A DNA stretch of 64,000 bases from Macrostomum lignano (GCA_002269645.1 NIVC01001494.1:142122-206121), one strand, 5' to 3'. Shown: positions 1 through 12,842, numbered from the stretch's first letter. Translations and numbers: made by a program. The notes: generated from the letters alone by a model not told the origin.

Positions 1-242
1 GTCGCCTGCCCAGGTGAGGGGATTGGGCCGTGATAAATTAAATTACAGCTCAGCGAGAGGTCTATGCGGGCTGGCCAGTACAGTTGGACACAAGCAGGGC
101 AAGTGCTCTACGCTGGTAGAGTATAGAGGCTGAATCGCGGATCATTGGATTTTATGCGTTCATTTCTTCTACTTATAGTAACAAAGAAGCGCGAGAAATT
201 CATTTTTTTAATCTTTGATAAATATCAATATTTACCCCCCTC

Positions 243-1420
243 CCAAGTGACTGGATTCTCGTGAGCTGGAACCCCAAGTGACTGCATTCTCGTGAGCTGG
301 AACCCCAAGTGACTGCATTCTCGTGAGCTGGAACCCCAAGTGACTGCATTCTCGTGAGCTGGAACCCCAAGTGACTGCATTCTCGTGAGCTGGAACCCCA
401 AGTGACTGCATTCTCGTGAGCTGGAACCCCAAGTGACTGCATTCTCGTGAGCTGGAACCCCAAGTGACTGCATTCTCGTGAGCTGGAACCCCAAGTGACT
501 GGATTCTCGTGAGCTGGAACCCCAAGTGACTGCATTCTCGTGAGCTGGAACCCCAAGTGACTGCATTCTCGTGAGCTGGAACCCCAAGTGACTGCATTCT
601 CGTGAGCTGGAACCCCAAGTGTCTGCATTCTCGTGAGCTGGAACCCCAAGTGTCTGCATTCTCGTGAGCTGGAACCCCAAGTGACTGCATTCTCGTGAGC
701 TGGAACCCCAAGTGACTGCATTCTCGTGAGCTGGAACCCCAAGTGACTGCATTCTCGTGAGCTGGAACCCCAAGTGTCTGCATTCTCGTGAGCTGGAACC
801 CCAAGTGACTGCATTCTCGTGAGCTGGAACCCCAAGTGTCTGCATTCTCGTGAGCTGGAACCCCAAGTGTCTGCATTCTCGTGAGCTGGAACCCCAAGTG
901 ACTGGATTCTCGTGAGCTGGAACCCCAAGTGATTGCATTCTCGTGAGCTGGAACCCCAAGTGACTGCATTCTCGTGAGCTGGAACCCCAAGTGACTGCAT
1001 TCTCGTGAGCTGGAACCCCAAGTGACTGCATTCTCGTGAGCTGGAACCCCAAGTGACTGGATTCTCGTGAGCTGGAACCCCAAGTTGACTGCATTCTCGT
1101 GAGCTGGAACCCCAAGTGATTGCATTCTCGTGAGCTGGAACCCCAAGTGACTGCATTCTCGTGAGCTGGAACCCCAAGTGACTGCATTCTCGTGAGCTGG
1201 AACCCCAAGTGACTGCATTCTCGTGAGCTGGAACCCCAAGTGACTGCATTCTCGTGAGCTGGAACCCCAAGTGACTGCATTCTCGTGAGCTGGAACCCCA
1301 AGTGACTGCATTCTCGTGAGCTGGAACCCCAAGTGACTGCATTCTCGTGAGCTGGAACCCCAAGTGTCTGGATTCTCGTGAACTGGAACCCCCTAAGTGA
1401 CTGGATTCTCGTGAACTGAC
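243..1420. repeat. 31-bp minisatellite GTGACTGCATTCTCGTGAGCTGGAACCCCAA, about 38 copies
   Basis: direct periodicity; explains ORFs 200-1436. Confidence 0.95.
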
Positions 1421-1984
1421 TCAGACTTAGTCTCACCAGAGCCCAGAGCTAACACCTGCTTCTTGTACAGGGAACAGGTGAGAATGCCCCATTTAGTGTC
1501 TAACCGAGACCTTCTGATTCATTATTACAGTTGCAGCTGCAAAAACATGGAACAACCTATCAATCAATACCTAGCTCAACTCTATACCGAGAGGAAAGGC
1601 AGAGTAACTTGCTCACTAATGCACTTTGAACCCGTGCTCATTCATCACAGCTCCATGCCCTCATTTCCGGAGCAGGATTTTCTTTAAGAATGGCAATTGC
1701 CTCAGTTATAAGGCTACCAAAATGAAGCAAGGCAATCAATAAGCTGGACTGCATTTTAGCCAATAGTAAAGACAAAATATTTCCAATTCAATATGCCTTA
1801 TAATTACAGCAATCATGCAATGTACTCGTCATTACAATAGGATTAATAGGCGAAGTTCACTCTGAACAGAAGAAAAATTAAAATGAAATTTTTAAAACAA
1901 CAGCTAACGGCATAACAGCGGCAAAGTCTGAATTTTTATGGACACCCAACTGACACCGAACACTAGAGGCTGCGGCGAGCGAGC

Positions 1985-3035
1985 TGGGGTGGGTGATTGG
2001 GGAAGTGGGGGATTGGGGAAGTGGGTGATTGGGGAGTGGGTGATTGGGGAAGTGGGTGATTGGGGAAGTGGGGGATTGGGAAGTGGGTGATTGGGGAAGT
2101 GGGGGATTGGGGAGTGGTGATTGGGGAAGTGGGGGATTGGGGAGTGGTGATTGGGGAAGTGGGGGATTGGGAAGTGGGGGATTGGGGAGTGGGGGATTTG
2201 GGAAGTGGGGGATTGGGAAGTGTTGGATTGGGAAGTGTGGAATTAGGAAGTGGGGATTTAGGAAGTGGGGATTGGGAAGTGGGTGATTGGGGAAGTGGGG
2301 GATTGGGGAGTGGGGGATTTGGGAAGTGGGGGATTGGGAAGTGGGGGATTGGGGAGTGGGGGATTTGGGAAGTGGGGGATTGGGAAGTGTTGGATTGGGA
2401 AGTGTGGGATTAGGAAGTGGGGATTTAGGAAGTGGGGATTGGGAAGTGGGGGATTGGGAAGTGGGGGATTGGGAAGTAGGGGATTGGGAAGTGGGGATTG
2501 GGGAGTGGGGATTTGGGAAGTGGGGGATTGGGAAGTGTTGGATTGGGAAGTGTGGGATTGGGAAGTGGGGATTGGGAAGTGTTGGATTGGGAAGTGTTGG
2601 ATTAGGAAGTGGGGATTTGGGAAGTGGGGGATTGGGAAGTGTTGGATTGGGAAGTGTGGGATTAGGAAGTGGGGATTTAGGAAGTGGGGATTGGGAAGTG
2701 GGGGATTGGGAAGTGGGGGATTGGGAAGTAGGGGATTGGGAAGTGGGGGATTGGGGAGTGGGGGATTTGGGAAGTGGGGGATTGGGAAGTGTTGGATTGG
2801 GAAGTGTGGGATTGGGAAGTGGGGATTGGGAAGTGTTGGATTGGGAAGTGTTGGATTAGGAAGTGGGGATTTGGGAAGTGGGGATTTGGGAAGTGGGGAT
2901 TTGGGAAGTGGGGATTGGGAAGTATGGGATTGGGAAGTGGGGATTGGGAAGTGTTGGATTGGGAAGTGTTGGATTAGGAAGTGGGGATTTGGGAAGTGGG
3001 GATTTGGGAAGTGGGGGATTGGGAAGTGGGGGCTT
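1985..3035. repeat. G-rich 14-15-bp minisatellite (GGGGATTGGGAAGT)n
   Basis: direct periodicity with variant units. Confidence 0.9.
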
Positions 3036-3235
3036 GAGAGGTGGGAGAACGCGACAATTTCGGGATGCAATCATAGTGTAAGCAGCGAGAAACAGAGAAA
3101 TGTAAATGAAGTGAAAGAGTCAATTCGGGCAAACGAGAGACTTGAGTGCTGTCGCGACTGCTCAAACCGCAGCAGCAAAGATAGGGAGCACAAATGGACA
3201 GTAAGTAAGCAAGGACAAAAAGCATTAATCGGGAC

Positions 3236-3241
3236 TTTATT
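3236..3241 (-). terminator. candidate AATAAA polyadenylation signal of ARL5
   Basis: tttatt on + strand about 530 nt past the ARL5 stop; motif only. Confidence 0.4.
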
Positions 3242-3769
3242 CCCGCAAAAATCCACGCAATGAGCAGAAACAAATAAAGGTACAAAAAGTCCGCACCCGC
3301 CGCTGCAGACAAGAATTTTTGCTTTTGCAGGCACACCTGCGATGGCAGGCTGGGAGATTGGGCAGCAGAGGGGGGGGCAAAGCGGCCGCAAGTGAGCAGC
3401 TCTGAGTACAGGGGGAGATTGCAAGTCCCAGAGAGCAAGACTTTTTGCGATCAGGGGGAGGAGGGACAGAAGGAGGAATCCGATTTTATCCCCCCCCCGA
3501 GTGTACACCGGCTGGACGTCGCTAGCCGCGCAGAGCAAGCGGAGATGCTGCAAAGCGCCGATCTCAGCTGAGGAAGGCGGGCAGGCAGGTGCAAAATCAA
3601 AGACAAGACGACAGGAAGAGGACTGAGCGCGGGGCCGGCGATGCAAAGCTATTTTGGGACTCTCCGAGCATCACAAGCTCCGAGTCCGCATTGAATTTCG
3701 TTGTTAAGCCCCCCGCCCATCCCCGGCTGCCTCCCCTCGCGGATTATCCCCAGCAGCTGAGCTGGAGCT

Positions 3770-4303
3770 TCATCCCTTGGCCTGTGCGGCCAGCCACTCC
3801 AGGCCGGCCGTGAGGCCCTCGCCGCTCAGGGCGCAGCAGGCCTGAATGTGCCAGGGGTTGGCCCGGATGCTGGTGAGGTCCAGCGCCTGGCTGATCTCGG
3901 CCGCGGACAGCCGGCCGTTGATGTCCTGCTTGTTGGCGAGCACGAGCAGCCGCGCCCGCTTCAGGTGGTCCGAGGCGAGCATCTTGTACAGCTCGTCCTT
4001 GATGACGGCCAGCCGCTGCCTGTCGGAGGAGTCGATGACGAGGATGATGAAGTCGGTGCTCTGGTAGTAGGTCTCCCACGTGGCCCGGATGGAGGTCTGG
4101 CCGCCCAGGTCCCACATCACGAAGTGGATGTTGCGCCAGCGCAGCTGCTCCACGTTGGAGCCGATGGTAGGCGAGGTGTGCACGGCCTCGCCCAGCACCA
4201 GCTGGTACAGCACGGTGGTCTTGCCGGCATTGTCCAGCCCGACCAGCAGTACTTTGTGCTCTTGGGTACCAAAAAGGCTCCACAGCCTGGCTATTATCAG
4301 CCC
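3770..4303 (-). CDS. ARL5: ADP-ribosylation factor-like GTPase 5 (coding exon from Gly2; initiator ATG not contiguous)
   Basis: [12 protein letters not shown]-terminus, GLDNAGKT P-loop, [29 protein letters not shown] match the ARL5 family. The ORF-track 'M' at 4309 is TTG. The sequence reads ttgcag|GGG CTG, with an in-frame TAA at 4328-4330. Confidence 0.93.
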   Translation of the reverse strand, partial: GLIIARLWSLFGTQEHKVLLVGLDNAGKTTVLYQLVLGEAVHTSPTIGSNVEQLRWRNIHFVMWDLGGQTSIRATWETYYQSTDFIILVIDSSDRQRLAVIKDELYKMLASDHLKRARLLVLANKQDINGRLSAAEISQALDLTSIRANPWHIQACCALSGEGLTAGLEWLAAQAKG

Positions 4304-6702
4304 CTGCAAGTTGGCGAGTGCCGTGATTTACTGATAGGCTTCAACTGAACTCGAATTAACAACCAGGTAGGATCCTGGGATTGGGGTCCTACTTGACCCT
4401 TATTCAATACAAGGCTGGATGAGACAAGGAATTAGGCAGGCAGTCAAGATGGAATTGAAAGTTTCATGCTTGCATATCGAACTATTTGACAACAGGGAAT
4501 AATCTGGTCTGTTCTTGCCACATTCTCTCAAACAAACCACATGCTAAGAGTTCACCTTCGACCTGCTGAATCATCTTGGGACCAGTCTGGTTCAGTATAA
4601 GCTGTGGTCCATTTCTCTTCTACTCCCTTGGGTGTGGGATGAGAGATGCTAATGCCAGACCTGGGGAGTTGCAGCTCTCTACAAAAGTACATGTTTTTTG
4701 TTATATGGATATATAAGCTTGTAGACAGGACATACAAATACATATATGGCTTTGGGAATGCATATTGCCTATATCTAATTAGTAATATTTGCCAATCAAC
4801 AACAGAATTAATTTAGACTTATTAAAAGATCATTGGAGCCCTTGATTTAATTGGTAAGAAGGGGGGGGTAAAACAGAAGAAATAAATTAATTTTGCCCAT
4901 TTCAAAGCTTTTGTAAAGCAGAGGGAACTATCAAATTCTTAGGTTAGGGACTCAAGCAATAGAGATCTTCTAAGCAATTGAGGCTAAAGTTGAGATAAAT
5001 TCAATCCTAGCCATTCTTATAATATTAATAAATAATAATTTACAATATTACACTTGCCTTAATGGCCAGATGTGCAACCAACAGCTTAGCTATAGCTATT
5101 ATGCAATTATGAAAAGTTATAGGAAATTAATTAGCTATAGATATAAACATAAGTAAAGAATAAGAAAATGTATAAACTGCTATAGATATAGATACAAGAA
5201 AGTTTTTGTTATGGTTGAGCTCTTGCTTGTTGGATAAGTTCACAATATATAAAATTTTATTTTTGACAAAAAATCTAATATATAGTATTGTATATTAAAA
5301 ATAATTATTAACAATATATTATTACCTATAACTTAAAAGCTATCATCTATTGGAATAAAAAATATTTTAGGACATAAAGGAATCTTAATAGCCAAAGTTA
5401 GTGATATAATTATTGAATGAAATAAGAAAATCATGCTAAAAAATAGAAAAAAGAAAGAACTCATGATGAACTTATGAAAAGAAAGAGAAAAGATTGTCTA
5501 TAAATGAAAGATTGAAAAAATATACATTAAAAGACCTTTCTTTTGCTGATTTGTTTTTTTCATATACTAAAAATGGTTTATCAATAGTGAATAGGTATCT
5601 ATGCATACATGCCCAACCTCAAAATTTCACCTGTCCGATGCAACTTAGTTTTATCTAGATTAGTTAGTTCCTCCTAATTGCAACTTAGTTCTTCTTGATT
5701 GCAACTCAGTTACCCCAATTGCAACTTAATTTTCAATTTGTATGATTTTCCTTGCCTTTTTTCTTTTCTTCTTTTTCTCTTTTCTTTTCTCTCTCTCCTC
5801 TCTCCTTTCTTTTCTTTTTCTCTTTCTCTCCTTCATTCTTTTCCCAATTTTTTCAATTTTCGCTTTTTTGATTTTGCAACTTACCTTGGCTAATGTTCCC
5901 AAAGATGTTCCCAAATCAGTACATGTATTTTTATTAAGCTCTAGCTCATTGCTAATAAATGGATGAAATATTATGCTAGCTAAGACATCAGAAATTATGC
6001 TTTTTTATAGTTGATATAGCCCATAATAGTAATAATTTTATACTTTTCTACTATGCTAGGCCTAGGGCTAAAAAAGGTCTACATTTTATTTTACTAATTA
6101 GCAGATAATCAATGTTTAATAGGTTTTAAAATTGTTAGACCTTTAACTTAAATAAGATAAATAGCATAGTAACTAAGTAAGCTGTAGTAGTAGGTAGGCT
6201 GTAGTAGGCCAGTGCAGGCAAAAATAGGCCCACCTAATAGTAATAGAATGGATATTGGATAAGATAAAATTGAATGGTTTAAATTGAACCAACAAAAGTT
6301 AAGAGTAAGACAAAGTGCTGACAAGCAAAAAGAAATATACAGAATAGAGAGTACTCGTATATATATACTAACGTAACCCACTTTTATAGCAGGAACTAAA
6401 CTAAAAAGACTAACACTAGTCGCCTACCTTGACTGAGATTAAATTAAGCAAATAAAGACCAACCCTACCTCCTATACATAGTGATGGTGTGACGTACTTG
6501 CCTATATTTGGAAGATTATTCGGCCTATTTTTTAGCACTTATTATCACACTTAAAATTATTTTGAGATTTACTGAAACAATTAAACTCAAATAGTTAAAT
6601 TCGTTGAAATACCATATTGAGTTTCTTTACTTTTGTTTTTTTACACTATTCTGCCATTTTAATTTTAGATTTTACACGAAACAAACGTGAACAATAATGC
6701 CA

Positions 6703-7120
6703 GTAAAGTGTAAAAAGTTACACACCCAGTTTTTTTGGGGAAAACGTTACCTTCAAATTGCGTTCAAAGAGCACAATGAAATTGAAAATAATATTGTATT
6801 TTGATTTCGTTTGTCTAGTTCAAATTAAAATTGCAAGTTAGAAGCTTATAGAATGGGTAAAATAAATCACAAGAGCATTTTTATTTTTTCATTGGGTAAG
6901 CGTGTGTAAACCCTGGGTAATTTCAGGTACGTTTTTGGGGTAATGTCTTACCCAGCAATTAAACACTCATTTATTGGCCTCATCATCTATATTTTATGAA
7001 TAATTATTCTATGATTTATGCTGCATAGGCGATAGCAAGTTATTTTCAATTTCATTGCGCTCTTTGAATGCAATTTGAAGGTAACGTTTTCGGGTAACTG
7101 GGTAACTTTTTACACTTTAC
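6703..7120. mobile_element. MITE-like element with about 80-90-bp terminal inverted repeats
   Basis: 6703-6791 is the reverse complement of 7040-7120 (GTAAAGTGTAAAAAGTTA...GAAAACGTTACCTTCAAATTGC.TTCAAAGAGC.CAATGAAATTGAAAATAA) with one indel region; no clear TSD. Confidence 0.7.
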
Positions 7121-7369
7121 CATAAAGCTTGAACTGCAGAGCAAACATCTGCAGATAGCAAGCATCCCCAGATATTGTTGAAGCATCCACCCAGATAGCA
7201 AGCATCTTCCGAGATAGCAAGCATCCCCCAGATATTGTTGAAGCATCTACCCAGATATAAAAAATCCTGCAGATAGCAAGAATCCCTAAATTGCAAGCAT
7301 CCCTGGATAGAAAGAATCCGATACATGTAGCCTAGCTTATCAAGTGCAATAATCCTTTGTTTGCCAATG

Positions 7370-7655
7370 CAGTTAATCCTTGGTTTATCAAGCGCAGTAA
7401 TCCTTGGTTATCAAGTGCAGAAATCCTTGGTTTATTAAGTGCAGTAATCCTTGGTTTATCAAGTGCAGTAATCCATGGTTTATCAAGTGCAGAAATCCTT
7501 GGTTTATCAAGTGTAGTAATCTTTGGTTTATCAAGTGCAATAATCCTTGGTTTATCAAGTGCAGTAATCCTTGGTTTATCAAGTGCAGTAATCCTTGGTT
7601 TATCAAATGCAGTAATCCTTGATATATCAAGTGCAGTAATCCTTGGTTTATTAAG
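7370..7655. repeat. 24-bp minisatellite AATCCTTGGTTTATCAAGTGCAGT
   Basis: direct periodicity. Confidence 0.9.
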
Positions 7656-9869
7656 TGAATGAAAAGAAAATTTCACTACTTTTATATACTTTATATACAC
7701 TACTAAGATTTGAACCTAGGTCGCTGCATTAGTAGTCCAGTATGTTCAGCTCTAGGCTAGCTCTCATTGAAGTTAAATGAATTTGTAGCTCATATAAATC
7801 AACACTCACACAAAGTCAGGTAGAGTAAAAGTCACATGAAGCAGTTATGATATAATTAATTTCTTAGGCAGTCAGTATCAGTGTCTATACTAACAATATG
7901 GTTAGGCAATATAAATCAAGTACTGTGCTATGCTTCTACACTCAACACTAATGCAATTCAACTAGTATACAGACAATAAATAAAAAGCCTATTGTGATGC
8001 AATCTATTTCAGAATCAGAATTCAACCAGTCAGTTTTTTTCTTAGCATTCTTATGATGCATTTAAAGTTGAAAGAGCTGCTTGACCTTTGCAAAAAGCAT
8101 GTTTTTCAAATATTTAATCCCTTTAGCATCAAGCAATTTCTTAGCAACATTGCAAGTACTGTCATGGAAAAATTTCTGATTGAACAGTGCATGTTCAAAG
8201 AAAATTGGCTTAGCCATTTTTGCTAAAACTGATCACATACTTACCTAGATAGATAGATACCTACCAACAGACCATTTTTAGTATATAGAAAATGTTATTC
8301 TTAAAAAAGTGGCAATTTTTTTCTAGTTCTTTTAATTAAAGCATGTTTAAAGCATTATATGGCATTTTTTTGTTTTACAATACTTGCACTTTGTGTCAAT
8401 TTTGTTATATAATACCCATTGGAAATTAGTGAGAATTGAAATAGATGTAGCTTTGATTGCAAAAATGTTTCAATCATAGCTTGCTAGCACACAATCCTTA
8501 TATTCACTTTCATTATACAATGCCCTTAATGGAGAATTTGTTAAGAATGCATTGTAAAATGAAAGTGAGGAGGTATAGAAGCAAAAATAAGGGAGAATAT
8601 TAAGAATTGGATATAGCCATGAAGAATCTTACAATTTTAGCTTATTAGTGCACAATCCTTATATTCACTTTCATTATAGGCCTACGATGCCCTCAATAGA
8701 GAATTTGTTAAGAATACATTGTAAAATGAAAGTGAGGGGGATATAGCAAATAAATGAAAGACTGAAAAGAAATGGGTATGACTGTTAACAAATTATCCCT
8801 TATTTTCATTTTTATCCCCCTCACTTTTGTTTTAGAATGCATTCTTAATAAAGTCTTATATATTGGTCTATCTATCAAATTGCAGCCATTTGTTGTCTTG
8901 GTATCTATTTTCTTAATTAACTAGTATTTCTAAAGCTGCTAAAAATTATCATTGATTTTAAATGAGTGACCAATAGTACAAAATTATATTTACACTACTA
9001 TAAAAGTACAACATAATATTGGTTAAGAATTATTTCTATACATACTTCTGAAGAGTCAGAATCAACATTTGAAAATTGACCTTCCATTTTTTGCAAATTG
9101 CAAGTGTAGTGTCCTGATATATTGCTAATCCTTGTTTTGTAAAAGGTTTTGTTTATTCACTCAAATTTTGGATGCAATAATAAAAATATTATATTGCATC
9201 TTTATTTGAGGAATAACAGCATGTTTATCTATAGACCAACACATTTTTTGTTTTTTTTTCTACAAAGACATTTAATCACTCTTTAATTGGTGGTTCCTTA
9301 AAATTAGAAAGGATAGGTAGTAGATAAAGGATAATGGATAATAGTAAAAGATAGGTAAGTACTAGATAACACTGTATATTAGTAGCAATTTTAGTGTATA
9401 TAAGTCACACTTTGGAAGATTTTGAAAGATTGGAAAATTGTATTTTGTCATTTGAACTAGAAATGATCAAATAGATTTACATCCTGGCTATGTAGATCTA
9501 CATGCAGGTTAAGTTAGATTTATCTAACAAAAATTGTGCAAATCATTATAATATATGTATAAAATGTATATATAGATTGTATATTGATATATTGCCATGA
9601 TAAAACTGGTTTCTTTATATACTTTAGCCAAATTTAATAATAGTAAGAGGCTCACAAAGTCATTTTTCAATTCTAAGCACATCTATAAAAGTATAAGGGA
9701 TTATGTTATTTAACCCTCACAATAATTTTGAGAAATTAGTCTAGTTGCACATATGCAGTTGGTTACTAGGCCCATTTGCCTATGGGTTAAATATGAGATT
9801 TGTCTATTTGTTTTAACTAAAGACAAAGTTATTAACTAATATAGTCTATTGTGGCTTTTGCGCCCGCAG

Positions 9870-11701
9870 CACCGCCTGTGGTGCACTGGCTTAGTGCGCC
9901 ATCTCTGGCGGCGCCGCAGGCGGCAGGCAGCCATTGTGACTGCTGCTGCCACCGCCCTGCTGGCGCTCCTGCTGCTGGCCAGCGCCTTGCTCAGCAGGCC
10001 GCTGCCGCCGCCCTTCCAGCTGGAATCCGCAAGCACCGCCATAGCCGTCGAATCTATTGACCTGTTCGACTCTCGCCGCGATGTCATCGTGCTGCTGCAC
10101 ATGCAGAAGACCGGCGGCTCGCACCTGAACCGCCAGCTCGTCTCCGGCTTGCGCCGACCCGACATGCGCTGCCAGTGCGGCCGCGGCGGCCTCGGCGGTG
10201 CGCGTCGGCGGAAATGGCGCTGCAACTGCCGCAACAGCCGCGGCGACCTGTGGCTGGTGAGCCGCTACAGCACCGGCTGGCTCTGCGGCCTCCACGCCGA
10301 CTTCGCCGCGCTGTCTGCCTGCGTGCCCGGCCAGCTGGCCGCGCTCGACTCCGACTTTGAGAGGCCGCGCCGCCTCCGCTACGTCACCATGCTGCGCCGG
10401 CCGGCCGACCGCTTCCTGTCCGAGTGGCAGCACGCGCGCCGCGGTGCCACCTGGCGGAAATCGCAGCCCACCTGCCGCGGCAGCCGGCCTCCGCCCTGCC
10501 GGACTGGCGACGGCGCCTGGCGCGGCGTCTCCCTGGCCGAGTTCGCCGCCTGCCGCGCCAACCCGGCGCTGAACCGGCAGGCGCGCATGCTGGCCAACAC
10601 CAGCGGCCTGCCCTGCCGGGCCGTCTTCGCCAACGGGAATCGAACCGCAGACCTACTGCTGGCCAGCGCGCTTCACAATCTGGTAGGGATGGCGGCGTTC
10701 GGCCTGACTGAGTGGCAGGTGAGCGAGCGGCTGGGAAGCTGGGACTTTTATGGAGTTGAGGATCTGGGATATCTGATGGAGTTGAGGATCTGGGAAATTT
10801 GATGGAGTTGAGGATTTGGGATATCTGATGGAGTTGAGGATCCGGGATATCTGAGGGAGTTGAGGATCTGGGATATCTGATGGAGTTGAGGATCTGGGAT
10901 ATCTGAGGGAATTGAGGATCTGGGATATCTGATGGAGTTGAGGATCTGGGATATCTGAGGGAATTGAGGATCTGGGATGTCTGATGGAGTTGAGGATCTG
11001 GGATATCTGAGGGAATTGAGGATCTGGGATGTCTGATGGAGTTGAGGATCTGGGATATCTGAGGGAATTGAGGATCTGGGATGTCTGATGGAGTTGAGGA
11101 TCTGGGATATCTGAGGGAATTGAGGATCTGGGATGTCTGATGGAGTTGAGGATCTGGGATATCTGAGGGAGCTGTAAAGACTCTTCATGCGGGTTTCCCG
11201 TTGTCACGCGGATGTCACTCTACCCCAAGCACCACTCTCGGACCCGCGCAGATCCTGACGCAATACCTGCTGAGCAGGCGCCTCGGCCTGAGCTTCAGCC
11301 GCCTGTTCTGGCAGCAGGACGCCACCGTCGCCTCTAATTGGCGCGCCAGCGGCAACTTCAGCCTCGTCGCCGACGCCGGCGACCTCCAGCAGAGGCGACT
11401 GGCGGAGCTCGCCAACCCCGCCGACGCCCGCCTGTACGCAGCGGCCGAGCGGCTGTTCTTCGGCCAGGCCCGCCGCCTGCTGGCTCGGGAGCCGCTGCTG
11501 TCGGTCGGCCAGCGGGCTCGAGTCCGGGACGCCGACTCCGCAATCGGCGGCGACGCACTGACCGCGCTGGCCCGCCGGGTGCTGCTGGAGCTGGGCGCCG
11601 TTGAAGTGGACGACGCCGAGAAGGCGGACATCCGGCGCCGGGTGCGCAAGAAGCTCCTGCGGGCTGGCAACGACGAGGCCGAGTCGGATTCGAACTCGTG
11701 A
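9870..11701 (+). CDS. HS6ST: heparan-sulfate 6-O-sulfotransferase; exons 9870-10718 and 11252-11701 (initiator ATG not contiguous)
   Basis: N-terminal TM (AAIVTAAATALLALLLLASALL), LHMQKTGG 5'-PSB loop, RYSTGWLCGLHAD, YVTMLRRPADRFLSEWQHARRGATW, NPALNRQARMLA. The join FGLTEWQ|ILTQYLL uses a phase-0 GTGAGC..CGCAG intron. TGA at 11699-11701. Confidence 0.92.
10755..11170. repeat. 26-bp minisatellite in the HS6ST intron, two alternating variants
   Basis: TGAGGATCTGGGATATCTGA(TGGAGT/GGGAAT). Confidence 0.9.
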
Positions 11702-11859
11702 CCACGGATTCTAGACGGACTACAGCGGGTCCGGCTTGAGTTTCTGAGCCAGTTGCATGCTCTGTACCGGTAATGCGAACTGGGGATGGAGTTCGGCTGC
11801 TTTTGATTTTGTGCTGTGCCTTCATTGTAAGCAGGACTGCTGCTGGCGGTTTCTGGCAC

Positions 11860-12445
11860 GGTCTGTTAGACAGGCTGTTAGATTATCTGGGTCTGTTAGG
11901 CAGGCTGTTAGATTATCTGGGTCTGTTAGACAGGCTGTTAGATTATCTGGGTCTGTTAGACAGGCTGTTAGATTCTCTAGGTCTGTTAGACAGGCTGTAA
12001 AATTCTCTAGGTCTGTTAGACAGACTGTTAGATTCTCTAGGTCTGTTAGACAGACTGTTAGATTCTCTAGGTCTGTTAGAAAGACTGTTAGATTCTCTAG
12101 GTCTGTTAGACAGGCTGTTAGATTCTGTAGATCTGTTAGACAGACTGTTAGATTCTCTGGGTCTGTTAGACAGGCTGTTAGATTCTGTAGATCTGTTAGA
12201 CAGACTGTTAGATTCTCTAGGTCTGTTAGACAGACAGTTAGATTCTCTAGGTCTGTTAGACAGACTGTTAGATTCTCTAGGTCTGTTAGACAGACTGTTA
12301 GATTCTCTGGGTCTGTTAGACAGGCTGTTAGATTCTGTAGATCTGTTAGACAGACTGTTAGATTCTCTAGGTCTGTTAGACAGGCTGTTAGATTCTGTAG
12401 ATCTGTTAGACAGACTGTTATTCCAGATTATCTGGGTCTGTTAGA
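11860..12445. repeat. 30-bp minisatellite TCTGTTAGACAGGCTGTTAGATTCTCTAGG
   Basis: direct periodicity. Confidence 0.9.
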
Positions 12446-12842
12446 CAACAGCTGCCAGGCCCACTAAGCAGCACCTGCTCTCGCTCAGCTGCATGTATGT
12501 GTACTCACTGTATTGCTAGTATCGGTTGCAAAAGTACAGCCCCAGATAGTTCATGTTAAGTACTGTAAGGCGCTTCATACTTGTACTTTAATATCGTATT
12601 GTTTGCGCGAAGATTGCTCAGTTCTGTATGCAGCAATATTTTTAAATTACTTTTTTTACTCAGCTGTAAAATGTTTTGTAATAACTGAATGCGCTGTGTC
12701 ATTACTTAGGCTGTAAATTCACCTGCATAAACGGTTTCCATTGCGCTGTTATTTAAACTTTTAATCAGCTTGATCTGAATTGGCTTGACTCCCTTCACGG
12801 GCAGTCGACCTTTAGGGATCCCAGTCTTCCGGCTGATAGTGG

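Noticed and set aside
243-1420. CRISPR-like appearance of the 31-bp repeat
   Set aside because: Units are head-to-tail with no unique spacers, no cas genes, and the context is eukaryotic.
200-3263. Long 270-400-aa ORFs in several frames
   Set aside because: They are translations of the 31-bp and G-rich arrays, open in multiple frames and on both strands, with no domain content.
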